From Priapulus caudatus (taxonomy: Eukaryota), in NCBI RefSeq assembly GCF_000485595.1, contig NW_014577068.1, forward strand, positions 1,341,894-1,405,893: 64,000 nucleotides of DNA, in the 5' to 3' direction. Within the stretch, counting starts at the first letter, position 1. Every line of letters begins with the position of its first letter. The position numbers and the translations under genes were made by a program. This document shows, piece by piece, positions 16,684 to 29,000 of this stretch. The notes under the pieces were generated by a model. It was not told the origin of the DNA and made no database searches. It saw nothing but the letters and a program-made list of their open reading frames with translations.

Positions 16684-17776
16684 CCTCTGGGAGTGTGTGC
16701 GTGTGTGTATGTGTACATGTACATAAGTACATAGTTGGGTCAGTGTAGCATAAAATTTATAGTACCACCAGCTTTCATATTCTAATGTCAAAATGTCAGT
16801 GGTTATGTTTTTCGTTTTTCCTGTTGATATTGTTATTTAGTGATATTTACATCTAATCAGTGTCTTGTACTTAGTTTTATCCTTCCTTTTTTAGCTTTAT
16901 TACTATATGTCGGTAATTTGTGGTTGAACCTGTTGCGGCAGTAATGCTGTTGCAGTAGTAATGTGAGCGTGCGAATTGATAATGATGAAACATTCAAAAT
17001 AAATAGTTAGAGCTGTATACTTATCTATCATGGATCATCATGAAGCCAGAAGATGTGTTTAAGTTTCCTGTCCTTTAATCTTAGCCGGATCTGTATTTAC
17101 ATGTTTGATAGTTATTAAAACAACTAACGCTGTTAGAGGTATTTAGCCAAAAACTAAACAGATTAATTGTCTGTGATTAATTATTTATTTATGTCTATGC
17201 GTATCTGAGAGGTTAAGCATAGAGGGCAGATAATAATATCGGAGATTTTCCAAACACACTGCAAAACTACGTACGTGTGCTATAAATTCTCCTACCCCCT
17301 TCAAAACACTGCACATACAAAATGCAAAATGCTGATGTTTACACGTGCTTTTGATGCAGTTAGGTGTGCTACCTACTCCTATACATACGCACCACGATAC
17401 AAACATGCAAGCAAAAATTCTAGTACACCTCAGTCTATTACAAGTAATGTTGTAAGGCAGAACGAATAGCGAGCGTCAGCTTGTGCATCTACAATAGACT
17501 GTTTCAGTAAGATAATATTTAATTAGTTCTATGAACGTGACTTAATTTTTGTTTGTTCACCATAGCATGTTTTGTGAAGGGTTTGTCACTGTGTCTTTAA
17601 ATATTATTTTTACTCTGTCAGAATAACCTCAACGGCATTGCTGAATTATCCGCATTATAAACAATTTTAAATTCCAGACGTACGATTTTATACACTTTAC
17701 GGTAACCCTTTCCTAACCAGCCTCAGCCGATAAAATATTGTACGCATGACCCTAAAGGTCGTTGCCATGGAGATTT

Positions 17777-18107
17777 TGACGTTGAATTTAATCGCTGTAA
17801 AATTATTGAAAATCGTGATTGGCTGTAGGCAGTGCCAGGCAGGGGCTTGCAGCCAGGGAGCCGCGGCCATTTTACATTTATATTACATGCTGACATTGAA
17901 TTTAATCAGTGTAGAAATTATGAAAATTTGCTATTGGTCTAACGCTAGTACCTGGCACTTTAAACTAGCACCTTGTGGGGGGACCACTGTTCCCGATGAC
18001 ATTAAATAAAATCCGGGAAATCTGCAAAATTTGTGATTGGTGCCACCCCGCTCTGTTTCTGACAGTGAATTTAAACTTGTTGAAAAATTTGGTAAATTTG
18101 CCATTGG
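17777..18107 (+). promoter_or_regulatory. Cluster of four composite elements (copies 3-6)
   Basis: 17777-17822, 17891-17937, 17997-18040 and 18060-18107; each reads TGAC(A/G)..TRAAT..phased AAAAT..ATTGG. Confidence 0.65.
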
Positions 18108-19509
18108 TGTTTTAGTTTCATTCATGTATCGGTTGTTACGTTACTAATGGCACGTGGGGGATGTAGTAAAAGTGCACGGCATGGCAGAGCTGATAATGAG
18201 TGAAGGAACATTGAGCTGAACATGATCGAGCCTAATGGCTGCTGAAGCTGAGATACTGGGGCCAGGCGAGCCACCACTGTACAGCACATATTCGCACTGG
18301 GAAGCGAGGAGTAGTTGATCGGTAGTGAATCTACCAAACAGCAGACATTTTGTCGAGCTCGCATTAGATCGCCGGGCGCCATATGCTGTGTTACGATGGC
18401 CGCAATCACGACTCATTTGAGTATTGGCTTTACTTGCAGAGCCATGTAATATCTGTATTCTGTCTGAAGTGGATAAAACTTTTTTTTACATTTGTCTGCC
18501 TGGTATTGTATTGTATGGTTATGGATTTTTGCGCCTTTCTGGCAAGCTGATATGCCCCATAGCCTTGAGCAGCAAACATTTTAATTCATCCTTCTCTTAT
18601 TGATCAGGTTATATGTGAACTGGCAGAACTTTTCATTCCTCTAAAATGTCATACGCACTGCTATGTGTGATTCAGATTTGAGCAAAGCCTGCAGTTGCCA
18701 TGGAAGTTGTTAAAAAAGCATAGTATGATAGGCAGACACAATTAGAACCTGTCACTTGTCCCCTGCAGTTGAGACCAGGCAAACGCAGCAAGGCAACGCC
18801 ATTAAGGGTGAAACTATAAAATGTCTGCCTGCGTGTGGATACTAGGAATTGTTATATGTGAGCTTATGCACAGGTACGATAGCGTGCCAATTTGCAGACG
18901 ATATTTAGTTATTGAATTTCGAGAAAGGGGATGCGACATACGGCGTGGCATTTATGTCTCACGTTGGGTTAGGATTTAATAAACAGGATATGCTCATGTG
19001 TGCCATGCTGGTCGGGACAGTTATAGTTGATTTTTGGTAGCCAGTACTTAACACGGCTTGCCCTAGAGTTGCATAGCTGATGGGGATGTCCCTTTACAAG
19101 GGGTGGCAAATATTTGATGCTGATCTGCTGATTAGTTTGCCATAATGATCAGATAGGTTTCTTGTGTTTAGACCAGATGAAAATGTCCTCATTAATCAAA
19201 TTTTAGATGCATTGTCTCTGTAGTAATAGCTTGTCTGCTGCATGGGTTGCGATGATCGGAATGAATTAGGAAGTGTCAGAGTTTTTTGTGAATCGATGGC
19301 ACTGATGTAAACGACTGATGTCTCTGCCTATGCGTACGTAGTAGATACACTGTTGAAACAATGTCCCTAACGTGATCTTATAATAACACAATGTGCATCT
19401 GATATTGTATTAGGATATGGCTGGCCACATTTTTTTTACATTGTAGGGATTTGTTGCAACCACAATGTTTTTCACAGAGACGTCTCATATTGACACTCAA
19501 AAATTTGGA

Positions 19510-19547
19510 TGTGTATGTGCGCGCGCGCGTGTGTGCGCGTGTGCGTG

Positions 19548-19640
<93 letters not shown>
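19510..19640. repeat. (GCGT)n/(GT)n microsatellite
   Basis: direct reading. Confidence 0.95.
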
Positions 19641-19642
<2 letters not shown>

Positions 19643-21364
19643 TGGGGAACAAAATTGAACGCCAAAGTGTAAGCATGAGAATGTAGTGCATAGTGATTCA
19701 CATGTAATGTGGAGAAGGGCCATTTTAGCAGGCTTTCATGCTGTTGTAGTGAATGTGTTGTAAAGATTTCATAGTTCACTGTTCTGCCGTTGAGAGAATG
19801 CTTGGAAAGCGACTAGGGAATCATAGCTTACATGATTTCCTGAATTTTAGGCGATCTAAGTTCTGACAGTATTTGTGGGTGTGGGGACCTCACATTCGCG
19901 TGTATGGTATAATCGTGTTGACGAGAGTTCAACGTGGGAGGTTGGTATACTCGGACGACATACCAATGCCCAGTGTGTTTGTTACTTGGGTCGCAGTTGA
20001 ATTTCTGGACCTAAGTATGCACAGTGACGTTGGAGATACTTTGCTCACATAGCATTGCCATACACTATTGTGCATAGTCATAGTAATATATATATATATA
20101 TATATTTATTTATTTATTTATTTATTTATTTATCAAATACATTTTAGCCATTTTTCATTGTCCTATTTTTATCCTTAACATGTATCTCTTAATAATAAGA
20201 ATACATACGAGCATGAACATTTCTTATTTATACAACAAGAAAATCAGTATGACATTGTGCTTATTGTGAGTTATTATATAGTGAGTTATTGAGGTTGCAT
20301 TATAGACGTTTGTTGTTCACCATCTAGAATGCACATTTTGTATCATAAAGAACTCATAAACCTTTAAGTTATAGTTTAAATGCTATTGGTATGATTTATA
20401 GGTAATACCCCCAACAAGATATAATTCGGCTTGTTAGTGGCCATAAACAACAAATGTACAGTATCACTTTTTGCACAACTGATGGGAACACCCTTAATCA
20501 AAGTGAATTATTTTTTCATAAACTGTAGTAGCTGTGTGGCATTGGCCAGGGAGATTATGCATCTGCAATTTAGTTTTCTGTAATCTAATCTTTGATAGTA
20601 ACTGAACCTAGTGAAAGTGATTTTAAGACTTTCCTGATTACACAACTTTTCTAATTGAATAAATTTGACAAAGCTTATATTTACTGCACCTACCATACTG
20701 GGTTTACCTATCTCCAGTTTATTAATTAATTTCTAACAAAGAAATAATTTTAAAATACTATTTTAATCACAACAACATTTCCATTTTCTACATTTTCAAG
20801 TGCATGAGTTTATTACATCGAAAATTGCCGTTTAAAATTAAAAATTACCTGGTATAAGTAAACCAAGTGAACAAAGAGCCAAAAATTTGTGATGTTTTTG
20901 GTACTGGCTAGACTGTATTATTTGCTGTCACTCCCTAGGGCTAATATCAAGAGGATGGGCCTGCGTGCTAATGAGAAGTAACCAATCCTGTGGTTATGTT
21001 GAATGGCTAGTTACGTGCCGCATGTCTGTCTGGGACCTACCTATACATGCCCTTGCCAGCCGGCACCTCTTTATACCCGCAGTGCAACTGTATTTTATAC
21101 TAGGTTGATAATTTAGTCAAATGAAATTATGTCACTGTACCGAGCATACAACAAGGGGTGCACCTTGTATCTTACCGTCTTCAGTATAGCGTGGCAGATC
21201 CGCCCACTATAGCTGGATTTGTTAATAAATTTAGATGCAGTGTCAGTATTATTTAAGCTATTTTGTAATGCATATAGATCTTTAATGATGCCAATTCAGT
21301 ACATATCTGGAGAAATGGGAGAGCGAGTTGGTAGGGTGATTTCATTAACGTACTACGTAGTGGC

Positions 21365-21593
21365 GCTCATAGGGTCTATGTCCCCCAGGGTACTATCGGA
21401 GGGTACCCTGGGTACGGTTCGATATATCGGAACGTACCCTGGTAACTATCTGATATGGTTAGGGTTAGGGTTAGGGAGTAGGCGTAGGCGACTCCCTAGA
21501 CTCGTTAGTGGAGTAGGCGAGGTACGGTCCGGCATATTAGATAGTACCAAGGTACGTTCCGATATTACCCTGGGGGACATAGACCCTCTCAGC
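21365..21593. mobile_element. Mutator(MULE)-like MITE carrying (TTAGGG)n, copy 1
   Basis: TIR GCTCATAGGGTCTATGTCCCCCAGGGTA / TACCCTGGGGGACATAGACCCTCTCAGC; perfect 9-bp TSD CGTAGTGGC (21356-21364, 21594-21602). Confidence 0.9.
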
Positions 21594-22160
21594 CGTAGTG
21601 GCAGTTCACAAATATTCAAGATATATAAACATGCTGTTTTGAGTGTAGTATAGTAACAAACAGGGAATCGGGGGGGGGGGAGCAAATACTTTCCAGCAGT
21701 TTGGTAAATAACCATCCACATATTTTTAGTCTAAGTAAATTGTTTGTCGTAAACAAGGCGAAATTCTGCCCGGCTTGAAACGGCAGTTTCGCTATTTGTA
21801 GCGTGTGCGCGCACTTTTAAACTGTGCAGTCGCTGGTCGCCGTAATAACCAATAGTGCTCGCGAGCCCCGAGCTGATGTGGCTTGGTCGGATAACCGTTA
21901 ATAACCCTTTCCTCTGGCACGGCAGAGATGCATTTTGCTTATATTTCCCAAATTCAGCGCTGCAGCTAGCCGGAAAAGGCGACGATGTAGCCCATTTTAC
22001 AACTGTGTACTACTCGGCGGGACCTGGAACGTGTGCGTGCTGGCGAGAATGGCAGAGCGCTGTCACTTTGCATCGTCTCCATTTAGCAGATTTCAGGTGC
22101 CTGCTGCACGTGCATCACAAGGGTTATAGCCACGCCATGTCTGGCCCACGTCCGGTATTT

Positions 22161-22484
22161 TGACAGTGAATTTATTGTACCAAAATATTCAGAAAATCCG
22201 CCATTGGTGTAAATATAATGGGGCTGAGTCTACCAGATGTGGCGTGTTCCCGCGTTACCTTATTAGGTCGCCATGGGTGGCGGTCTGTAGCGTGGCGAGA
22301 CAGTAAATTTATTCAGGCAAAATATTCTAGAAAATTCCTATTGGCTGCAGGCTCATTTGCATACACTTGTTTACATTAATTGCATAGATTCAGCGAGCTC
22401 TTGTCACCTTGCCAAGTCTCTGCCTCCCTCCGATCCCTGACAGTAAATTTATTCTTCCAAAATATTCCTAAACTTTCCCATTGG
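22161..22484 (+). promoter_or_regulatory. Cluster of three composite elements (copies 7-9) with an octamer
   Basis: 22161-22207, 22298-22344 and 22438-22484, all exactly 47 bp; ATTTGCAT at 22355-22362. Confidence 0.7.
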
Positions 22485-23357
22485 CCACACATTTTTGCCA
22501 AGGCAGGGCCAAAATACTACATTTATTACTACAATGAACATTAGTAATACGGCACTCCATTATTCAGGCTATCAAAGAGATAATAATATGCCAGGATCAA
22601 ACTTCAGTGTGGGATTAACTTTGGGCAACGTGGTCTTAGCAGTTGTGCTCACTGGCAGGCAGTCTTGCTCATAGAAAACTGCATGTAGGCACACGTAGGA
22701 AAGGATTTGTTGGGTGTAGATGAACTGCGTATTGACGCATAGGTTTATTTTTCCCCGTACAGGTAAATAGTTATTTGTGACGCTAATGTGAGCAAAAGTC
22801 TAGCTGGGATAGATATGAATGTAGTCCTAATTTCGACAACGGGTTTACTCGTATGTACATATATATATATTATGTATATATTGTTATACATTATATCAGA
22901 ATAGTTATCCATGTTAGATTTGTATTTTTAGCTACGTGGCTTTATGGGTGACACTTAGATTTGAAACTTTATTCGTTACATGAGTAGATATAAAGGTGAA
23001 AATATACCCAAACGTCTAATTATTTTAGAAAACGTTACCGTACCTCTTTTGTCACGATTTCTCCCCAACTCCGTCTGCCAGTTAAATTTAACCGGGTTAG
23101 TGTGGCCTGTGCGGAATTAACATTTGTGGTGGGAGTTGCCCATAAGTACCGTTCCTTGTTTAACGAATGCGCCGGCAGTGCTTAAAATATTGGCGGTAAA
23201 CGTGTTAGCTTATCAATATTTGGTCGGCCGAGATAGGGCCAGTAACGGACGGGTTGTAGGGCCGTGTTATACGATAGAGCAGTTGGTGCAAGCATAAACA
23301 AGTGTCTGTTGTGTGCAACCCTTGCCCTGGTATTATATTAGACTTTTGGGTCACCAA

Positions 23358-23440
23358 CACTGATCTCTATATACTAACATATTATTTATATAGAGTTATT
23401 ATTATATAGAGTTATATTAGTTAGTATATAGAGATCAGTG
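23358..23440. mobile_element. 83-bp palindromic mini-MITE (hAT- or P-like)
   Basis: 21-bp perfect TIR CACTGATCTCTATATACTAAC; perfect 8-bp TSD GTCACCAA. Confidence 0.9.
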
Positions 23441-25526
23441 GTCACCAATCATTCTACGTGCGTAAGCCTACGTGCATAGTGGTGGGCATCCTATGCAAAT
23501 AGTGATACCGTATACATGTAGATTAGTGCATAATTTCTCGCATGTCTATGTTCTACTTGCAAGTACCTTCTTTTTTACTGTTCATCAGTCCCATATTGCT
23601 ACGTTTTCCAAATATATTGTTGGCAGTGTAATTTGGAGACAGGAACAGCGGGTGAGACGTAATAGGGCAGCAGAAAGATATCTACGCTTTATTGCTGATA
23701 GTGGGATTTAGGGATTTAATTCGCCCGCCTCGAAAAGCTTATATTCTGGGTGTGGTGGCAGCCGGCATGGTGTAATCTAAGATACTTCTGTATTCTTTCT
23801 CACATACACAAACCTGGCAAGCGGCAATATTAGCTTTATGGCTGAAAGCTTCAAGAGGAATCGATATATTTTCAACTGAAATAATGAAATCTTGCCTTTC
23901 ATGCCGCGAAGTTGCAGAGATGATCAATGATTTTATGCCACCATGTTTGGCTGGTACGGGGCGGCATAGGCAACGTGTCTGCCGAGCAAGAATACTTGTC
24001 ATGGACCGGCCGTAAATGTTTAATTCCTGCTTTCTCGGAGCTGTCAGTCGGTTAGTGTCATATACATTCAGATAGCCAGAGTTGTCATCTTGATTATCTT
24101 ATGGTTTCAACGCTGCGCAGTTTTGTTTCTGGGTACCTAGCTTTCAAAATCTATTTTAAATTATTTTCAAAAATCATATAGATGCGTGAGAGTGACCAGT
24201 GCATTGCCATGTCCGAGTAGTGGATTGTAAGGGGCTTAGATCTCTGACACGAGAGCTTCGGTTTTATACCTTTCCTTCCCTACCAAGGTACATGTTAGGT
24301 TGTAGGAATGGTACACTTTCATTGTAAACGGCCATGTTGCACGGACCACGCTGCCTGCGCCGTTTTAATTAATTCTGTTGCATTGCCAATCCTGCCACGT
24401 AAAGTTTCAAGAAAATTATTCCGAGCGGTAAAAAAGATAGACCCTGTGAGGACTGTTTGGGCACACCAGCTATGTACATTGGCCGTGAAACAGTCCGCTC
24501 GACTCTCAACCCTGTATCGCTCGCACATCTATTGTTCGCGACGAGTTCCCCCCTCCCCCTCTCCCGCAGTGCGTATTGGTGCAATGATGCGAACGTTTAT
24601 TTATTACATATAACCGTTTACATATCAACCATTCAAACTGCTTATTACTAAATACTAGCAGGAAAGTGGTGGCAGAACGTCCAGAGTGTTTGCGAGTGCA
24701 GCCGCGCCGTGCACGGACCCCTACGCGTTGAAGCTTATAGCTTATATTATAGATAACGCCAATTTGCAGAAACAAAAAATGGCAGCATCTAAAGGTTATG
24801 CGGTCTGAAGGTTTAGTAATTATATATTGACCTACCAACTGATAACCAAAACCTTCCCGACTCTTGGCACCCACAATGAAAATCTTTGGCGCAATAGTGC
24901 ACTGGTATGAAATAGTAAATTATTTATTACTACTCTGCTTAAAAAATCCTGCTGAAACAGTTGTAATAGACTACAGTCGTGTAACAGTCTGTACAATATT
25001 GTAAAATAACTGCGGATTATTCACGATAGTGTATATTATGCCAACGAATTCTGTTTACTGGCATGTACAAATCTCTCTTAGGTACCTTACACCTACGATT
25101 TGCTACTGCAGAGCAATTATTTTTCACTTTACAGTTTTTCCGTTTGATTGTGCTGGTGCCAGGGGGGAATAATGTGGCAATTGTCCGTGATGGGCTTACG
25201 AAGCCTTGTCATTTAACATGGCAAACCATCAATGGTTGCCATTTTGTAGTTTAGCCGGTTGAGTGCTCTTTTCAAACATTTTCGAAACCAATAGGCAAGA
25301 AAACACCAAACTCGCGAATTGATTTGAAAGGTAAATTACGCAATGCTTTCTTTTGCGCCTGTCATTTGAAAACATGCTGCCTATAAATTATGTTTTGATG
25401 GTAAAGTTCTTGCTCTTGTGTAGCTTGCTATTAACTAGCAGTAACTAGTGCCTGTGCTTTAATTGGGGGCTCTCTGATCTGCATAATATAGCTTGTGTGA
25501 TGTCACAGCGATGACGGTGTCGAGGC

Positions 25527-25574
25527 TGACAGTAAATTTAATCTACCAAAATATTCCCTAAAATTCCTGATTGG
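25527..25574 (+). promoter_or_regulatory. Composite element copy 10
   Basis: TGACAGTAAATTTAATCTACCAAAATATTCCCTAAAATTCCTGATTGG. Confidence 0.65.
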
Positions 25575-26049
25575 GTTAAATTATGTGGGTTGGGCTTTTC
25601 GGGTTTCTGCTACCCATGCTGCAGCATTACTGGCTTATACATGCAAGTTGCTGTACATACTTAGATGTTAGTTGGAGGTGTAGGAGCAGACATGGATAGA
25701 TTTGTGTCGGCAAAGGTGTTTGTTCAATGGATATCGCCTCTGTGGATTACATTGCCTGGCTGTTTTTCGCACGCAGTGTTTGAGAGCTAGACGATCGAGT
25801 CTTGGATCAATATGGAGACATAGAGTGAAGGAACAGCGATGCAGATATCCTGTGAAATGCCGTCATCACCTGACAGGAAGGACAGGATACTACTAGCAAA
25901 CCTAGGTAGGGTATGTTGTAATCGCAGCTCTATTCGCCCGCGCGCGCGTGTATGTGTGTGCGTGTGCGTGTGTGCGCGCGCGCGCGTGTCTGTGTAGCTG
26001 GAGGATTGCTTTCCATTTGCACACAAAGCGGTTAGGGTTTCTGATAGCG

Positions 26050-29000
26050 TAGATTTTCCATGGGTGTAGCCAGTAGCCGGTCGGCACGGTGGACAGCTAG
26101 AGGCCGTTAACTCGTTGCTTGGCTGAAGATTTTGCCAGGGTTCTGCTCATTGTTCAGTCCGCACGCAAGCGTTGGAGGGGCTGGCGAGTTTTCGTCTCTG
26201 TCTCAAAAATGGCGACGGTTTCGCATCAGGCTAGAGTCAGGCAGCGATCACTGATCGGGTAGGCGTTCATAGCGACGAGCAGTTTTCTTTACTGGCGGTC
26301 GTGTGCGTAAGTCTGAATTGTAACTTAAATACATAGCGACGGCCGCCTGGATGGCGATATTTTCGCGAGTGGCGAATGCATTCTGTTTGCGTATGGTATT
26401 ATTTAGGAAGCATTATTACTGAAAAGAGACATTCGTATCTATTTTCACGATTTTTAAGTTAAATGGTAGAGAGGTGTAGTTGTGCATGCGAATGTGCATG
26501 TTCTGCCATGCCTGGTGTTCAGTAGTCGTTGCTCTGCAACAGATCTCGCTGTGCGCATGAATTAAACGGTCCGTTTTTGGGCCTGTGGTTCGTTTAATAT
26601 CACTGCCTTGGTCGGTGAGTGGAATAGTTAAACTAGCTGGTTGATGTCTGTGCCAGGCACACAGGCCTCGCGTGCAAATGCAAACATTACTCTGAATTCG
26701 TATTCCTACGTTGCGCGGCTTGCAGAGAGGAGTTTCCAGAAAGAAAGACTAGTTTTTTCGCCTATGGAATTCTTATTTGAAGTCTACACCAGACGCAGCA
26801 TGGTTACAACATGGAGTGGATGACTGACAGGGCTGGGTTTAACTCTTTACTTTAAGCCCCATGTTGGCAGCACAGCCAGACAAGCCGTACGTGACCTTGT
26901 GTTTTTTATGCACTTTGTGCAGTGCACTGCGCACCCTCTGCCTGCTGCCTGACATGTGTAGCTGAAATATCGGCTTGTGGAAACTTCCTTTCGCGGGCTC
27001 TATACCTCCCGGACGGGCGGCGCTCGACAATTGCGGCGCATCCTCCATCCGAAATGCTGGCTTTTCCGCGTCGGGAGAGTTGCAGGTTAGTGGCAGTGTT
27101 TTGTTTTACGATGTTTCGGCAAGGCTTCGGATCGGTGGTGAGTTTGATGCATGCGCGGGTGGCCGCCGGTTAGCCGTCATCTAAATGGCATGTAGCGTTT
27201 GATATCAGAACAAAGCTGATCGAGATCCAGCATGGCAGCGTGCGACCACTTAAGCCTGTACGTGTTTGTTGTCATACATAACTGGTTCTCTGGGATCTGC
27301 AGTTTATACTTTTAATATGCGTCATTCATCTTCTTTGAAGGTGGAGAATTTTTTGGCATTTTTTTAGTCTGGCCTTCTGGAGTATCATAAAAACTTGACA
27401 AGCGAGATATTATCGTGAGCATCTCCGTGGAGTTTGGGTCTTGATTTTACAAGTTTTGATTTCATTTTACACCTGGATGGGATTGAAAGTGGTCTGTAAT
27501 TTTATTTTGATAAGTGCTTAAACTCCCCTGCAGAGTCTAAGAGAAAATATTTTTTTGTCGATTAAGAATTGAAGAGCGCCATTTCAGTTGGGCTCGGATG
27601 AGTAGGCAAGATGGCGTAGAGAAAGAAGCGGGTGGGCTGCATCGCTCGCTAGATTCCTCCATCGGTGTGCTTCCTCGCTGACGTCAGCGCCGTCTGATTG
27701 GTCGACTTTAGCATCTGTTTATTGGTTTTGCCATTTTCAATGCATTTGTCAAAATTTTACCTTCCTAACCTTCGCAGTGCGAGCGTTGTAGGATCGGCCA
27801 GGCAGCGTGCTACGTGCATCTTCTTGGGACACGTTCGCCTTTCGTCGGCTCGCTTTCGATCCTATCGCACGGTCATGTGCACACTGTTCTGTCGGACTGG
27901 GCGTAGGGATTCTACTGAGACGAGCCGATCTGTCACTCCGCGGTGCAGTGGCGCAGGCGTTCAGTAGTGCTTCCTCGGACGGACAGGCCTCGCCACTTCC
28001 CGCTCCGCATTCGGCGCGGGCGGCCACGGAAATTTTGGAAGAAGCCGTTCCACGTTTTTACATAGTAATTTTTTTTGTTTTTATGACGCGGCGACAACAA
28101 AGGCGGCGGTTGCACCGATGGGCTACTTAACAGGGTAAGCTGCTGAGATTAAAACTGGTATTTTAAAGAAGCGAGGCAGCCAAAAAGAAGTGCACCAGAC
28201 ATGTGGTACGTGATGGTTGGCGATGTCTGTTGTTATGGTTGACAGGTTGGCGTGCTTCTTCAGGCATCTATGGCGGCGCAGGAGAAGAGGCTTAGATGAA
28301 GAAAAGGCATGCCGGGCACCGAGATTTCACGCAACAGCATGGTCGAATATTCGGCAAAAATTTGCGGTTTTGGTTCGCCATTCTTATTGGACGGAATTTT
28401 GCGCGAGCAAATGGCGTCATGGCCTGTGCGCAGTACGAGACCCTTACTACTTAATTTTCCGCCAGGTTTTCCATTTGTTTGTGGCTGGCGGACAGTGTGT
28501 ATGGTAGATCGGCACTCAATAGGCAGGTTTCAATTAATGCGTTGCCGCCATTTTGTTTTACGCGGACAACCATGACAGTTGGGCGGCGGTTGCCCAGAAA
28601 TGGGCTGCGTGTTGAACGTGACGTGACGTTGAACGTAAGAATATGCCGTATTGCACGTTTAAAAAAATGGTTCCATTGATATGAATCTACAATGAGTGCG
28701 AGTTGAATAGGGTGATCGGACACTTTGCGCCAACGAAGACGTGCGGTTGTAGATTCAAAACTGGTCTTAGAAAAGAATGATTCTGCCAAAAAAAGAAGCA
28801 AAATCGGCACGTGGCAGCGGCTTTTGTTCGTTGCCGAGCGGCGCGCGGCGGGGATTCGGCAGTCACAGCTTCACGAGATACAGGTACCTTCATTTGCGAG
28901 TTTTGCGTTTTCGCGTAATTTGCCGATCTTCGGGCAGTTCGGTGAGCGACACGTCGGAGCCACACCTCGTGCGCAGATAGCCTCGGACTGGGTGCGCAGG

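Noticed and set aside
21367..21591. PIF/Harbinger parse of the TTAGGG MITE with a 3-bp TNA TSD
   Set aside because: It fails for the 60745 copy (TGA vs TCA); extending the ends reveals 9-10 bp TSDs in all three copies.
22162..22189. RAG recombination-signal-like reading of the composite element (GACAGTG + 12 bp + CAAAATATT)
   Set aside because: An RSS requires the CAC start of the heptamer; all copies have GAC, the nonamer match is poor, and it does not explain the invariant ATTGG.
22161..22484. CRISPR-like repeat-spacer array
   Set aside because: Eukaryotic context, degenerate repeats, ~90-bp linkers and no cas genes.
24209..24272. tRNA or tRNA-derived SINE head (A-box/B-box-like words)
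   Set aside because: Boxes are too degenerate and no cloverleaf could be folded by eye.
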